Below, in pieces: positions 39,339 through 48,429 of a stretch of 64,000 nt of DNA (position 1 is its first letter; each line of letters opens with the position of its first letter). The position numbers were made by a program, and so were the translations under genes. The DNA lies in contig JAHIOX010000003.1 in the NCBI GenBank assembly GCA_018895015.1, positions 962 to 64,961 of the forward strand, in the 5' to 3' direction. Below the pieces are notes generated by a model. That model was not told the DNA's origin. It did no database searches and saw only the letters and a list, made by a program, of their open reading frames with translations. The stretch comes from Patescibacteria group bacterium (lineage in GTDB: Bacteria; Patescibacteriota; Minisyncoccia; UBA9983).

Positions 39339-41120
39339 TTACTCCAACACCGCCTTGATGCGCCGGATGCCAGCCGCGCTTGCCTCTTCTTTTAGAATCT
39401 TAAATTTGCCAAGTTCGCCGGTTTTTTCAACATGCGGACCGCCGCAAATTTCCGCGCTGAAAGCGTGTACTGAATACACCTTTACTTTGTCTCCGTATTT
39501 TTGTTCAAAAACGCCAAGCGCTCCGGATTTTCGGGCTTCTTCCAAGCTCATTTCCTCGCAAATTACAGGGAGATTTTCCCGGATTTTTTCATTCACAATA
39601 TCTTCGACTTGCTTAATTTGCTCCGGTGTAACTTTCTGCGAATGCGAAAAATCAAAACGCAGGCGTTCCGCCGTTATATTGCTCCCTTTTTGGATAACGT
39701 GATTGCCTAAAACATCCCGCAACGCCTGATGCAAAAGATGCGTGGCAGTATGATATTTTGTGGTCTGCTCGCCGGCGTCAGCCAGCCCGCCCTTAAACAT
39801 TCCGGCCGAAGCAGTGCGTGAAAGCTCCTGATGCTTTTGAAATTCTTCTCTAAATTCTTCTCTAAACTTTTTAAACTCTTCTTCGTCCACAAGCAAACAC
39901 CTTTCTGCAAGTTCTTCTTGAATCATTTCTAGCGGGAAACCAAAAGTCTCATAAATATAAAAAGCTTTTTTTGCATCAACTCTGTTAAATTTTTTTATCT
40001 CTCGCCCGGATTCTATTTTTTGCGCTTCTCCAATTAAATTTAATTTATTCAATTCTTTTAATCCCCTTTCCAAAGTTTTTCCAAATCTTTCTTCTTCATT
40101 TTCAAGTTCATTAAAAATTTTATCTTTACTTTCCTCAACTTCAGAATAAATATCTTTATAAATTTCAATCACGGCTTTTGTGACTTCAGCGATAAAGTTT
40201 TTTTCAATTCCTAAAATTTTTCCGTGCCGAACAGCCCTTCGAATCAATTTGCGCAAAACATAACCTCTGCCTGCATTTGACGGCTCCACGCCGTCGGCAA
40301 TTATAAAAACGCTCGCCCTAATATGGTCCGCGATAATTCTTTTTGCACGCACTTGGACATCCAGTGTCCACTTGGACACTGGATGTCCAAGTGATTCAAT
40401 TTTTTCCATTATCGGCTCAAACAAATCTGTCTCGTAAACATTGTTTTTGCCCTGCATCACCATAGCAATTCTTTCCAGCCCCATCCCGGTATCAACATTT
40501 TTTTGTTTTAAGGTCTCAAATCTGCCATCAATGGTTTTGTTATATTCCATAAAAACATCGTTCCATATCTCAATTCCATTTATGAACATTTCTGTGTCCG
40601 GGCCGCACGGGCCTGTTGCGCCGGCCGGTCCCCACCAATTATCTTCCATGCCTTTATAAAAAATTTGTTCCTTTGGAATTCCGAGCGATTGCCAGATTCT
40701 CGCTGATTCATCGTCACGCGGCGCGTTTTCGTCTCCTTCAAAAACCGTTACAAACAATCGTTCCGAAGAAATCCCAAGCCATTCTTTGTTGGTTAAAAAT
40801 TCAAAACTCCATTCAATCGCCTCTTTTTTGAAATACGAGCCAAAACTCCAATTCCCGAGCATTTCAAAAAAAGTAAGATGGCTTTCGTCTCCCACCTCGT
40901 CAATATCAATAGTGCGAACGCATTTTTGCGAATTTGTCACCATGTTCCCGCCAGGATGTTTTTCACCCATTAAATAAGGCACGAGCGGATGCATTCCGGC
41001 AGTGGTAAAAAGCGCGGTCGGGTCTGTTTCAGGAGGAATCAAAGAAGCCGAAGGAATAATAGTGTGCCCTTTTGACTCCATAAACTTCAAAAATTTTTCT
41101 CGGATTTCCTTGGATGTCAT
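39339..41120 (-). CDS. alaS: Alanine-tRNA ligase (short form, no C-Ala domain)
   Basis: LFTTAGM, FFEMLGNWSFG, DTGMGLER, HTATHLL, CGGPHV. Confidence 0.97.
   Translation of the reverse strand: MTSKEIREKFLKFMESKGHTIIPSASLIPPETDPTALFTTAGMHPLVPYLMGEKHPGGNMVTNSQKCVRTIDIDEVGDESHLTFFEMLGNWSFGSYFKKEAIEWSFEFLTNKEWLGISSERLFVTVFEGDENAPRDDESARIWQSLGIPKEQIFYKGMEDNWWGPAGATGPCGPDTEMFINGIEIWNDVFMEYNKTIDGRFETLKQKNVDTGMGLERIAMVMQGKNNVYETDLFEPIMEKIESLGHPVSKWTLDVQVRAKRIIADHIRASVFIIADGVEPSNAGRGYVLRKLIRRAVRHGKILGIEKNFIAEVTKAVIEIYKDIYSEVEESKDKIFNELENEEERFGKTLERGLKELNKLNLIGEAQKIESGREIKKFNRVDAKKAFYIYETFGFPLEMIQEELAERCLLVDEEEFKKFREEFREEFQKHQELSRTASAGMFKGGLADAGEQTTKYHTATHLLHQALRDVLGNHVIQKGSNITAERLRFDFSHSQKVTPEQIKQVEDIVNEKIRENLPVICEEMSLEEARKSGALGVFEQKYGDKVKVYSVHAFSAEICGGPHVEKTGELGKFKILKEEASAAGIRRIKAVLE
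40350..40393 (-). repeat. In-frame AAGT-loop palindromic element, copy 2 (alaS)
   Basis: Perfect 20-bp stem CACTTGGACATCCAGTGTCC-4nt-GGACACTGGATGTCCAAGTG. Confidence 0.9.
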
Positions 41121-41144
41121 TAGAAATCATGATACCAAAAAAAA

Positions 41145-41348
41145 CCTAAAATAAAAAGAACTCCGCTTGTAATTAATTGTTTTTCTCTGGGGTGGGATTA
41201 TCACTTTGATGATGGACCTTCATGGTACGTTGACGGAAAAACGATGACGATTTATATTGACGAAAGATTAGATAATAAAAAGCTAAGAGAATTTAAAAAA
41301 ATGAAATGTAAAATAAGCACGCGCGAGTGGACAGAATCTAAAATCTGA
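41145..41348 (+). pseudogene. Gene fragment lacking an in-frame 5' start
   Basis: Open frame PKIKR..GWDYHFDDGPSWYVDG..SKI*; ATG at 41129 is out of frame across an A8 run. Confidence 0.35.
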
Positions 41349-41470
41349 TTTGTTGAGTCATCGCTCAGCTAAGCCTTGATTAAAAATTGAGTCAAGCCCA
41401 GCTGGGCTTTTTTATTGTTCCATATAGCTTTTTACGCCAAGGGTAACTCTTGGATATTAGATATACTTTG

Positions 41471-41514
41471 AGATTATACCAACTTCTAGCGATAACACGA
41501 AAATGGAATAATCT
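41471..41514 (+). repeat. GCGATAAC-core dyad site I
   Basis: AGATTATACCAacttcta-GCGATAAC-acgaaaaTGGAATAATCT, 18+8+18. Confidence 0.75.
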
Positions 41515-41532
41515 ATAAAAACAGAAATTTGA

Positions 41533-42612
41533 TTATTTTATAATCCCGCCGCCTAGGAGAGTCTGGCCGTCATAAATTACCAAAGATTGGCCGGGGGTAA
41601 TCGCCCTCTGCGGTTTTATAAATTCAACGTGGCAGGTCGACGTGGCAGGTCGACGTGGCAGGTCGACTATGCGGCAGGATTGCAACGGCTGGCGGTATCG
41701 GATGCGCGCTTTTAACAGCTTGGAAACTGGATTTCCACTTGGAAATCCAGTTTCCAAGCAATCCGGCGACTTTCCCGAAATCCAATTCACATTTTTTATT
41801 TTTGCTTCTTTTTTGTAAATTTTTTTTTCATCCGCCTTGCTCGCCACAATCAAAAGATTTTTTCTTATATTTTTATACACTACATAATAAGGAACGCCGC
41901 CGCCCTTGCCAAACCCGCGCCTTTGGCCAATCGTGTAAAGCGGCAAACCATCGTGTTCGCCGATGATTTTTTCATCAGCAGTAATAATTTTCCCTTTTTT
42001 TAATTTTAAATTCTTTTTCAAAAATTCGTTATGCCCGCCCTTAAGAAAACAAATATCCTGACTTTCTTTTTTCAAATACGGCAAACGCAAATCATCCGCC
42101 ATTTTTTTTATTTCTTTTTTCATAAAATCGCCCAAAGGGAAAAGCGTCTTGCCCAAAATTTTTTGGTTTAAGTTATACAAAAAATAACTCTGGTCTTTGC
42201 TTTTATCTTTAGCAATTTTCAATTTATAATTTTCGATTTTCAATTTTTTAATATAATGTCCCGTGGCGATACGATCCGCGCCTGCCATTTTCGCCTCTTT
42301 CAAAAATTTGCTGAATTTAATAAGCTTGTTGCACACGACGCACGGATTTGGCGTCTTGCCGGCCGCATATTCCGAAATAAAATAATCAATAATCCGCTTT
42401 TTGAATTCTTCGCGCCAATCCCACACCAAAAACTTGATACCTATTTTTTTGGCTACAGCGCGCGCCGCGCGCTCCGGCTCTTTGCAGCCCGGCGCCAATC
42501 TCAAAAAAACGCCAACAACACCATAGCCTTGCTGTTTCAGCAACGAGGCGGCAACAGACGAATCCACCCCGCCTGACATCGCGACAAACGTTTTCTTTAT
42601 TGTTTTTTTCAT
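41533..42612 (-). CDS. mnmA: tRNA 2-thiouridylase MnmA
   Basis: AMSGGVDSS, TPNPC, ATGHY, KDQSYFL, YTIGQR, TPGQ. Confidence 0.97.
   Translation of the reverse strand: MKKTIKKTFVAMSGGVDSSVAASLLKQQGYGVVGVFLRLAPGCKEPERAARAVAKKIGIKFLVWDWREEFKKRIIDYFISEYAAGKTPNPCVVCNKLIKFSKFLKEAKMAGADRIATGHYIKKLKIENYKLKIAKDKSKDQSYFLYNLNQKILGKTLFPLGDFMKKEIKKMADDLRLPYLKKESQDICFLKGGHNEFLKKNLKLKKGKIITADEKIIGEHDGLPLYTIGQRRGFGKGGGVPYYVVYKNIRKNLLIVASKADEKKIYKKEAKIKNVNWISGKSPDCLETGFPSGNPVSKLLKARIRYRQPLQSCRIVDLPRRPATSTCHVEFIKPQRAITPGQSLVIYDGQTLLGGGIIK
41627..41667. repeat. (ACGTGGCAGGTCG)x3 in-frame tandem repeat
   Basis: Three perfect 13-mers = 39 bp; encodes VDLPRRPATSTCHV. Confidence 0.9.
41718..41759 (-). repeat. In-frame AAGT-loop palindromic element, copy 3 (mnmA)
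   Basis: Perfect 19-bp stem GCTTGGAAACTGGATTTCC-4nt-GGAAATCCAGTTTCCAAGC. Confidence 0.9.
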
Positions 42613-42614
42613 GT

Positions 42615-43334
42615 TTACCTCAAATATTTCGCCTTGTTGAGTTTGTGCTCGTCAAAATTTTTGGCGAAATGGATATTTAAATTTTTGTCGGAAAGATAAT
42701 ACCAATACGAAGAAACTGTCGGGTTAAGCGCCGCCTCTATTGATTCAATGCCAGGATTGCATATCGGCGCCGGCGGAAGGCCCTTGTATAAGTAAGTATT
42801 GTAAGGAGAATCTATTTTTAAATCATCAATAGTAAGGTCAGAGCTTTTTTTGTCAATTATATGCGCGAACACCGCGTCAACCTGAAGAAGCATTCCGGTT
42901 TCAAGCCGTTTCCACAAAATTCCGGAAACAATTTTTTTATCTTCGGGAGTGAGCGCCTCTTTTTCCAAAATAGACGCCATGACAATAATTTCCGGCTTAA
43001 CATCGCCGGCTTTTTCTTTAAAATTATCTTCCATTTTTTTAATGATTTCTTCCTCGGTTTCCAGCGAAGTAAAAAAATAAGTGTCAGGAAAAAGATACCC
43101 TTCTTTCCCGTCCGCGATTTTGAGAAAATTGTCTTTGTTAAAATTTTTAAAGCCAGCGAATTTTTCGGCGATATCCCTTGAAGAATATCCTTCCGGAATC
43201 GTAATTCTAATTTGCGGCAAAGCAGTAACCGCAGATGGAGCCTTTTTTAAAACACAGAGAAGCAAAAAAGGCATTGATGAAATAAAAATAAATCCCAATA
43301 AAACGGCAAGCGCTATTTTTGTTTTTGAACTCAT
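42615..43334 (-). CDS. mltG: Endolytic transglycosylase MltG
   Basis: TIPEG, EGYLFPDTY, ASILEKE, SPYNTY..GLPPAPICNPG. Confidence 0.93.
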   Translation of the reverse strand: MSSKTKIALAVLLGFIFISSMPFLLLCVLKKAPSAVTALPQIRITIPEGYSSRDIAEKFAGFKNFNKDNFLKIADGKEGYLFPDTYFFTSLETEEEIIKKMEDNFKEKAGDVKPEIIVMASILEKEALTPEDKKIVSGILWKRLETGMLLQVDAVFAHIIDKKSSDLTIDDLKIDSPYNTYLYKGLPPAPICNPGIESIEAALNPTVSSYWYYLSDKNLNIHFAKNFDEHKLNKAKYLR

Positions 43335-43345
43335 ATAAAAAATGG

Positions 43346-44530
43346 CTAAATAGGCAGATTGGCAGGCGCTTCGCTTTTCTTCGCTTCAATTCTGCCAAAA
43401 GTCGGAGTCTCCGCAACTCTGCCAGGAAAATGAAAAATGGTTGCCAGTTCTTCCGTGTTTAAAACAAACGGACTGTGTTCATACGGTATGTAAAAATAAG
43501 AACGCTGGCGATACGCGTTAAGCATTTCTTTTTTCATCGCTTGTTCCCTCCTATTTTTAAACAAATAATCAACCGAAGTGGCTCTTGTCGGTTTAAACCC
43601 GTTTAGATTCAACGTATTATACTGCTTCATTGACGCAACTAAAGAAGCGATATTAACCGGATTAAACACATCGTTTCTCGCCAAATACATGGCGCGAATA
43701 CCGGTGTCAAATCCAAGCTTTGAAACATCGCGCTCAATCGCTTCTATTATTGTTTTTTTGCCTGGCGTAAGTTTTGCGGCGCTTTTGCCGCCGTCAGCAT
43801 TTTCCTTTCCATCGCTTCCCTCTTCCATTATTTTTTCAATTATTTTTTTGCCGGATTCTTTCCAATCGGTTTTTGTCGCTCTTATTAAAATTTGAAACCA
43901 GGCCTGTTCGCCGTCTTTTAGAGAACCCATAAACTCAAGAAATGAAGTTATCGGGTCTATCTTTTGCTCTTCTTTCAAAGCCGTATCGTCCAATCCGTAA
44001 TCAACGTAAGTTTTGATTGGATACGCGTCTTCGGCGGTAAGAGCGAATTCCGTCCCCCAGCACCCCCATTCTTTTCCAAATTCTTTATTGCCAAAAAATA
44101 TTCTTGAGTAATCATCGGCTTCTTTAATTTCCACATCCGAATATTGCGCGTAAATTTGCGCCTCAACAAGATTCCTGAAAAATTTTTGCGTGCAAATAAA
44201 AAAATGGATATTGCCGCCGATGCTGACGATTTCCAAACTGAACCAAGGCCTTAAAAATCCATGCCAGTATTTTTCCACAAAATTGCCGTCTTTTGTCTGA
44301 TGCAAAGTATTCAAAAAAAGCTCCATGGCGCGCGGGCTTTTAAGAATTTCTCGCGGAAGTTTTATTTCCAAAAGAGACCAGCTTAAACTTGTTATAAAGC
44401 GCGCGTTGATATATTGAATCCAAAGTCGCCAAAAAACAAAAACCAGTATGGCAGGCATCCAAAAAAGCCGAGTGTTAACCATCGCCTGAATGGCGTATTT
44501 AAAAAGCACGGAAAAACTAAGCAAAGACAT
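43346..44530 (-). CDS. Conserved hypothetical membrane-anchored protein
   Basis: N-terminal TM; FSLEIVS, IYAQYS, LNTEELATIFHFP. Confidence 0.75.
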   Translation of the reverse strand: MSLLSFSVLFKYAIQAMVNTRLFWMPAILVFVFWRLWIQYINARFITSLSWSLLEIKLPREILKSPRAMELFLNTLHQTKDGNFVEKYWHGFLRPWFSLEIVSIGGNIHFFICTQKFFRNLVEAQIYAQYSDVEIKEADDYSRIFFGNKEFGKEWGCWGTEFALTAEDAYPIKTYVDYGLDDTALKEEQKIDPITSFLEFMGSLKDGEQAWFQILIRATKTDWKESGKKIIEKIMEEGSDGKENADGGKSAAKLTPGKKTIIEAIERDVSKLGFDTGIRAMYLARNDVFNPVNIASLVASMKQYNTLNLNGFKPTRATSVDYLFKNRREQAMKKEMLNAYRQRSYFYIPYEHSPFVLNTEELATIFHFPGRVAETPTFGRIEAKKSEAPANLPI

Positions 44531-45545
44531 ATTTGCCGTCCTTATTCTTTGTAAAATAATCGCGGTTTTGCAAATTTATGATAATGGTATTTTTCTTTAC
44601 GTATCTCTCTTTTGAAACAATGTCAATAATTTCTTCTTTGGTAAGCGGACCTTTTAATTTAATGATTTCTTTGATTACATCTTTTACGGCGCCGGTTTTA
44701 TACCCCCATTCTTCAAGTGCGTAAAGTCCTCTGCCAACCAAAACAAACCTGGCGTCTTTTATAAGTTCGTTATGGACGGTTGCCGAATGCGCCTGTCTGG
44801 AAAAATAATCGCTGATTTTTTCCGAAACCTCCATAAAATGCATCGGCGAACCTTGCTTTCTTAAAACCAAAAAAGCAAAATCGCGCATTCCTCTTGGGTT
44901 AACGCGCGGAGAACTAGCCAAGCCCCATTCTCCTAAAGCGTTGCTAGCTATAATTTTTGAAATATTAAGCCAGGAACGAAGTATTTCATCGCTGATTTTT
45001 CTTTTTAAATTATCTTCCGAGCGTTTTTTAAGCAAAGCGATAATTTCCTGCTCCGGGATAAGCTCGCTTTTGTTCAATTCATTATGCAAACTTCTTAAAA
45101 TAGCGTGGATTGCTTCCGCCTCGCGCTTGTCAATTGTCCAGCGATGATAAAATTCTTCGTCCTCTTTTATTTTTTCAAATTCATTGCCAAGAACCAGCAA
45201 AAAGAAAACATGATTTTTTTGTTTCGGATTATCCGCCAAATAGTCTAAAATTTCCCGCTCGGAAATAACCTTGCCTTTTTTATCCATAAGTTCTTGGATC
45301 TCGGCAAAATTGCCGCGCGCCGCTTCAAAAGAAGGATTTTGCCTGATTGAATTTAACGCAAAATTTTCTATCTGCCTCACTCGCTCTCTTGTGATGCCGT
45401 ATTTCTGGCCTATTGATTCAAGAGTTTTTCTGTCGACTTCGTTTCCAAGGCCATAACGCTGGACAACAACGTCCTTGGCCCTGTCCTTAAGGCCTGATAT
45501 AAAATTTTTTGTAAGACTATCCGGTTTAAATGTAAGCACTGTCAT
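44517..45545 (-). CDS. Sigma70 region-4 plus HARE-HTH domain protein
   Basis: TLESIGQKYGITRERVRQIE; PMHF..VHNELI..FVLVGRGLYAL. Confidence 0.82.
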   Translation of the reverse strand: MTVLTFKPDSLTKNFISGLKDRAKDVVVQRYGLGNEVDRKTLESIGQKYGITRERVRQIENFALNSIRQNPSFEAARGNFAEIQELMDKKGKVISEREILDYLADNPKQKNHVFFLLVLGNEFEKIKEDEEFYHRWTIDKREAEAIHAILRSLHNELNKSELIPEQEIIALLKKRSEDNLKRKISDEILRSWLNISKIIASNALGEWGLASSPRVNPRGMRDFAFLVLRKQGSPMHFMEVSEKISDYFSRQAHSATVHNELIKDARFVLVGRGLYALEEWGYKTGAVKDVIKEIIKLKGPLTKEEIIDIVSKERYVKKNTIIINLQNRDYFTKNKDGKYVFA

Positions 45546-47932
45546 TTTATAACTATATTAATTAATTTATTCGGCACAAAAATTACCTTTTGAATTATTT
45601 GGTTTTTTGCGCTTGCCTGCCGTCCAGGCAGGTCTGTATACCTTTTAACATTTTCTCTCTTTAATGTCAAATCTTTCGCTTCATTTTCAGCGATTCCAAT
45701 TGGCGCTTCAAACCTGTCGCGCGTCTTGCCATTAATTTGCACGACAAGTTCAAACGTTTCTTCTTTTATTTTTTTCGGGTCATACTTGGGCCAAGGCTGT
45801 TCAAAAATAGAGTTTTTGTTTTTTAATTGGCTCCATAATTCTTCCGCGATATGCGGCGCGAAAGGACTTAAAAGTGTAACAAGCAACGCGTAATCCGTAA
45901 CGCGTAATTCTTTTTCTTTTTCCATCTGGTTTAACAATATCATTAAAGCGCTGATGGCAGTATTGAATTTAAAATTTTTTATGTCTTCGCCAACTTTTTT
46001 TATTGTTTTATGCAATAAAGTTTCTAAAGATTTGGACATTAAACGTCCACTTGGACATTTAATGTCCAAGTTAGTTTTTAGTTTCCAAACCTTCTCTAAA
46101 AATCTTTTCACCCCCATTATTCCTGTCGGATTCCACGGCCCGCCCTGTGAATACTCGCCCATAAAACACAAATACATTCGCACCGCGTCAACTCCGAAAT
46201 TCTTTACAAGCTCGTCAGGGTCGATCACATTCCCGCGCGACTTTGACATCTTTTGCCCGTCAGGGCCAAGAATAATGCCTTGATGCGTTAGCGCGGAAAA
46301 AGGCTCATTAAATTCTATATGCCCTAAATCTTTTAATGCCTTTGTAAAAAATCTTGAATATAAAAGATGCAAAACGGCATGTTCTGAACCTCCAACATAC
46401 ATATTAACAGGGAGCCATGATTTTATTTTTTTCGCATCAGCGAATTTGTTGCTGCTTTTAGGATCGGCGTAGCGCAAAAAATACCATGACGAGCACACAA
46501 AAGTGTCCATGGTATCGGTTTCTCTTTTTGCCGGCCCTCCGCATTTCGGGCATTTTGTTTTAATAAATTTTTCAGAATGCGCGAGTGGCGATTTTCCTTC
46601 CTCGGTCGGCAAATAATTTTTAACATTTGGCAATTTGACAGGCAAATCTTTTTCCGGAACCGGAACCTCGCCGCATTTATCGCAAAAAATTATCGGAATC
46701 GGCGCGCCCCAGTATCTTTGTCTTGAAATCAACCAGTCGCGGAGTTTATAATTTATAGTTTTTTTAGCGCCAAGTTTTTTTATCATTTCGTCTTTTGGCG
46801 CGAGTGGCGCTTTTATTATCGGTAAATTGAATTTCTTGGCAAACTCAAAATCGCGCTCATCGTAAGCCGGCACAGCCATAATCGCTCCGGTGCCGTAATG
46901 AGCCAGAACATAATCAGAAACAAAAATAGGAACTTCTTTATTAGTCGCGGGATTTATCGCCTTGACGCCTTTTAACTCAACGCCTGTTTTTTGCTTGTCT
47001 GTTTCCATTCTTTGCAAATCAGTTTTTTTCTTTGACTGTTCAATATACCCTTCAACTTCATCCAGATTTGAGATTTGAGATTTGAGATTTGAGATTATTT
47101 CGTGTTCCGGCGCAATAACGCAATAAGTACAACCCAAAATAGTGTCAATTCTTGTCGTAAAAACCTCTAAAAAGTTTTGGTCATTTGGATTTTGGGATTT
47201 GTTTGGAAATTGGAAATTGGAAATTGGAAATTGAATCAGAGTACCCTCTGATTTCCCTATCCAATTTTTTTGCATTAGCTTTGTCTTTTCAGGCCAATCC
47301 AATCCATCTAAACCTTCGAGGAGCTTATCTGCGTATTTTGTAATTCTAAAAAGCCATTGTTCAATGTCGCGCTGAACGACAATTACATCGCATCTTTCGC
47401 ATTTGCCGTCAACAACTTGTTCATTTGCCAAAACCGTATGGCATTTCGGGCACCAGTTTGCCGGCGCTTTCTTTTTATAAGCAAGCCCGTTTTTATAAAG
47501 CTGAAGAAAAATCCACTGGGTCCATTTGTAGTAATTCGGGTCGGCTGTGATTATTTCCCGCGACCAATCAAACATATTGCCCATGCTTTCAATTTGCTTG
47601 GACATTGCCTTGATGTTAGCATAAGTCCATTTTTCAGGATGTATCCCGCGCTTTATCGCGGCGTTTTCAGCCGGCAGGCCAAAGGCGTCAAAACCGATTG
47701 GCGACATAACATTAAAACCGCTCATCTTTTTGAAACGGGCGTAAACATCGGCCGGCGCGAAATTATACCAATGGCCGATATGCAAATCGCCGGAAGGATA
47801 AGGAAACATCACCAAGTGGTAAAAATTTTTCTTTCCCTTAACAGAATCTTTCGTTTTATAAATCCCAGTTTCTTTCCATTGCCTTTGCCATTTCCGTTCA
47901 ATTTTTTGAGGATTATATTCCGTCATTTTCAT
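45542..47932 (-). CDS. leuS: Leucine-tRNA ligase
   Basis: MFPYPSGDLHIGH, DWLISRQRYWG, KMSKS. Confidence 0.97.
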   Translation of the reverse strand: MKMTEYNPQKIERKWQRQWKETGIYKTKDSVKGKKNFYHLVMFPYPSGDLHIGHWYNFAPADVYARFKKMSGFNVMSPIGFDAFGLPAENAAIKRGIHPEKWTYANIKAMSKQIESMGNMFDWSREIITADPNYYKWTQWIFLQLYKNGLAYKKKAPANWCPKCHTVLANEQVVDGKCERCDVIVVQRDIEQWLFRITKYADKLLEGLDGLDWPEKTKLMQKNWIGKSEGTLIQFPISNFQFPNKSQNPNDQNFLEVFTTRIDTILGCTYCVIAPEHEIISNLKSQISNLDEVEGYIEQSKKKTDLQRMETDKQKTGVELKGVKAINPATNKEVPIFVSDYVLAHYGTGAIMAVPAYDERDFEFAKKFNLPIIKAPLAPKDEMIKKLGAKKTINYKLRDWLISRQRYWGAPIPIIFCDKCGEVPVPEKDLPVKLPNVKNYLPTEEGKSPLAHSEKFIKTKCPKCGGPAKRETDTMDTFVCSSWYFLRYADPKSSNKFADAKKIKSWLPVNMYVGGSEHAVLHLLYSRFFTKALKDLGHIEFNEPFSALTHQGIILGPDGQKMSKSRGNVIDPDELVKNFGVDAVRMYLCFMGEYSQGGPWNPTGIMGVKRFLEKVWKLKTNLDIKCPSGRLMSKSLETLLHKTIKKVGEDIKNFKFNTAISALMILLNQMEKEKELRVTDYALLVTLLSPFAPHIAEELWSQLKNKNSIFEQPWPKYDPKKIKEETFELVVQINGKTRDRFEAPIGIAENEAKDLTLKRENVKRYTDLPGRQASAKNQIIQKVIFVPNKLINIVIK
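46032..46069 (-). repeat. In-frame AAGT-loop palindromic element, copy 4 (leuS)
   Basis: TTGGACATTAAACGTCC-4nt-GGACATTTAATGTCCAA (16/17 paired). Confidence 0.88.
47064..47096. repeat. (AGATTTG)x4 heptamer repeat in leuS
   Basis: Encodes ISNLKSQISNL. Confidence 0.9.
47203..47230. repeat. (TTGGAAA)x4 heptamer repeat in leuS
   Basis: Encodes FPISNFQFP; degenerate 7-mers continue to about 47176. Confidence 0.9.
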
Positions 47933-48404
47933 GCGAATCTTTCAATTTTTTAATTCCTATCCAAACAAGAATAGCGAGGGCTATGCCTAAAATTATAAAT
48001 CGCAAATAATCATTCATCGCCGACCAATACCCGAGCGTGCCTACAATCAAAGAGACAAGGCCTCCAAAAGACAGCCCGAGAGAAACCGCTTCGGACATGG
48101 CAATACTGAAACCGAGAACCAAAGAAACAACACCCGCGACAATCCAAACTATAAAAACATTCCTTTTGTAAAAATCATTGTCTTTATCGTATTTTTCCTG
48201 GCACTCGCGCTGTTTTTCGTAATCCATTTGCCGCTCGGGAACAGGTTCAGTATAAACTGATTTAGGCACGCCGTATTCCGCCGGACAATAATCGTCGTAT
48301 TTCGGCTCGTTGTAAAAAGTTTTTATGCCGTAATTAAAAAACAAGTTAAGCACGATTATGATTCCCAAAACAAGAATGAGTTTTTTGAAATTAATGTTTT
48401 TCAT
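47913..48404 (-). CDS. Membrane protein
   Basis: 4 TM segments with a two-Cys loop. Confidence 0.75.
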   Translation of the reverse strand: MKNINFKKLILVLGIIIVLNLFFNYGIKTFYNEPKYDDYCPAEYGVPKSVYTEPVPERQMDYEKQRECQEKYDKDNDFYKRNVFIVWIVAGVVSLVLGFSIAMSEAVSLGLSFGGLVSLIVGTLGYWSAMNDYLRFIILGIALAILVWIGIKKLKDSHENDGI

Positions 48405-48429
48405 ATAAATTCATAATACCATAATTATT

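Noticed and set aside
12277-41120. Short AspRS and AlaRS as pseudogenes
   Set aside because: All catalytic motifs are present; the compact forms fit a reduced genome.
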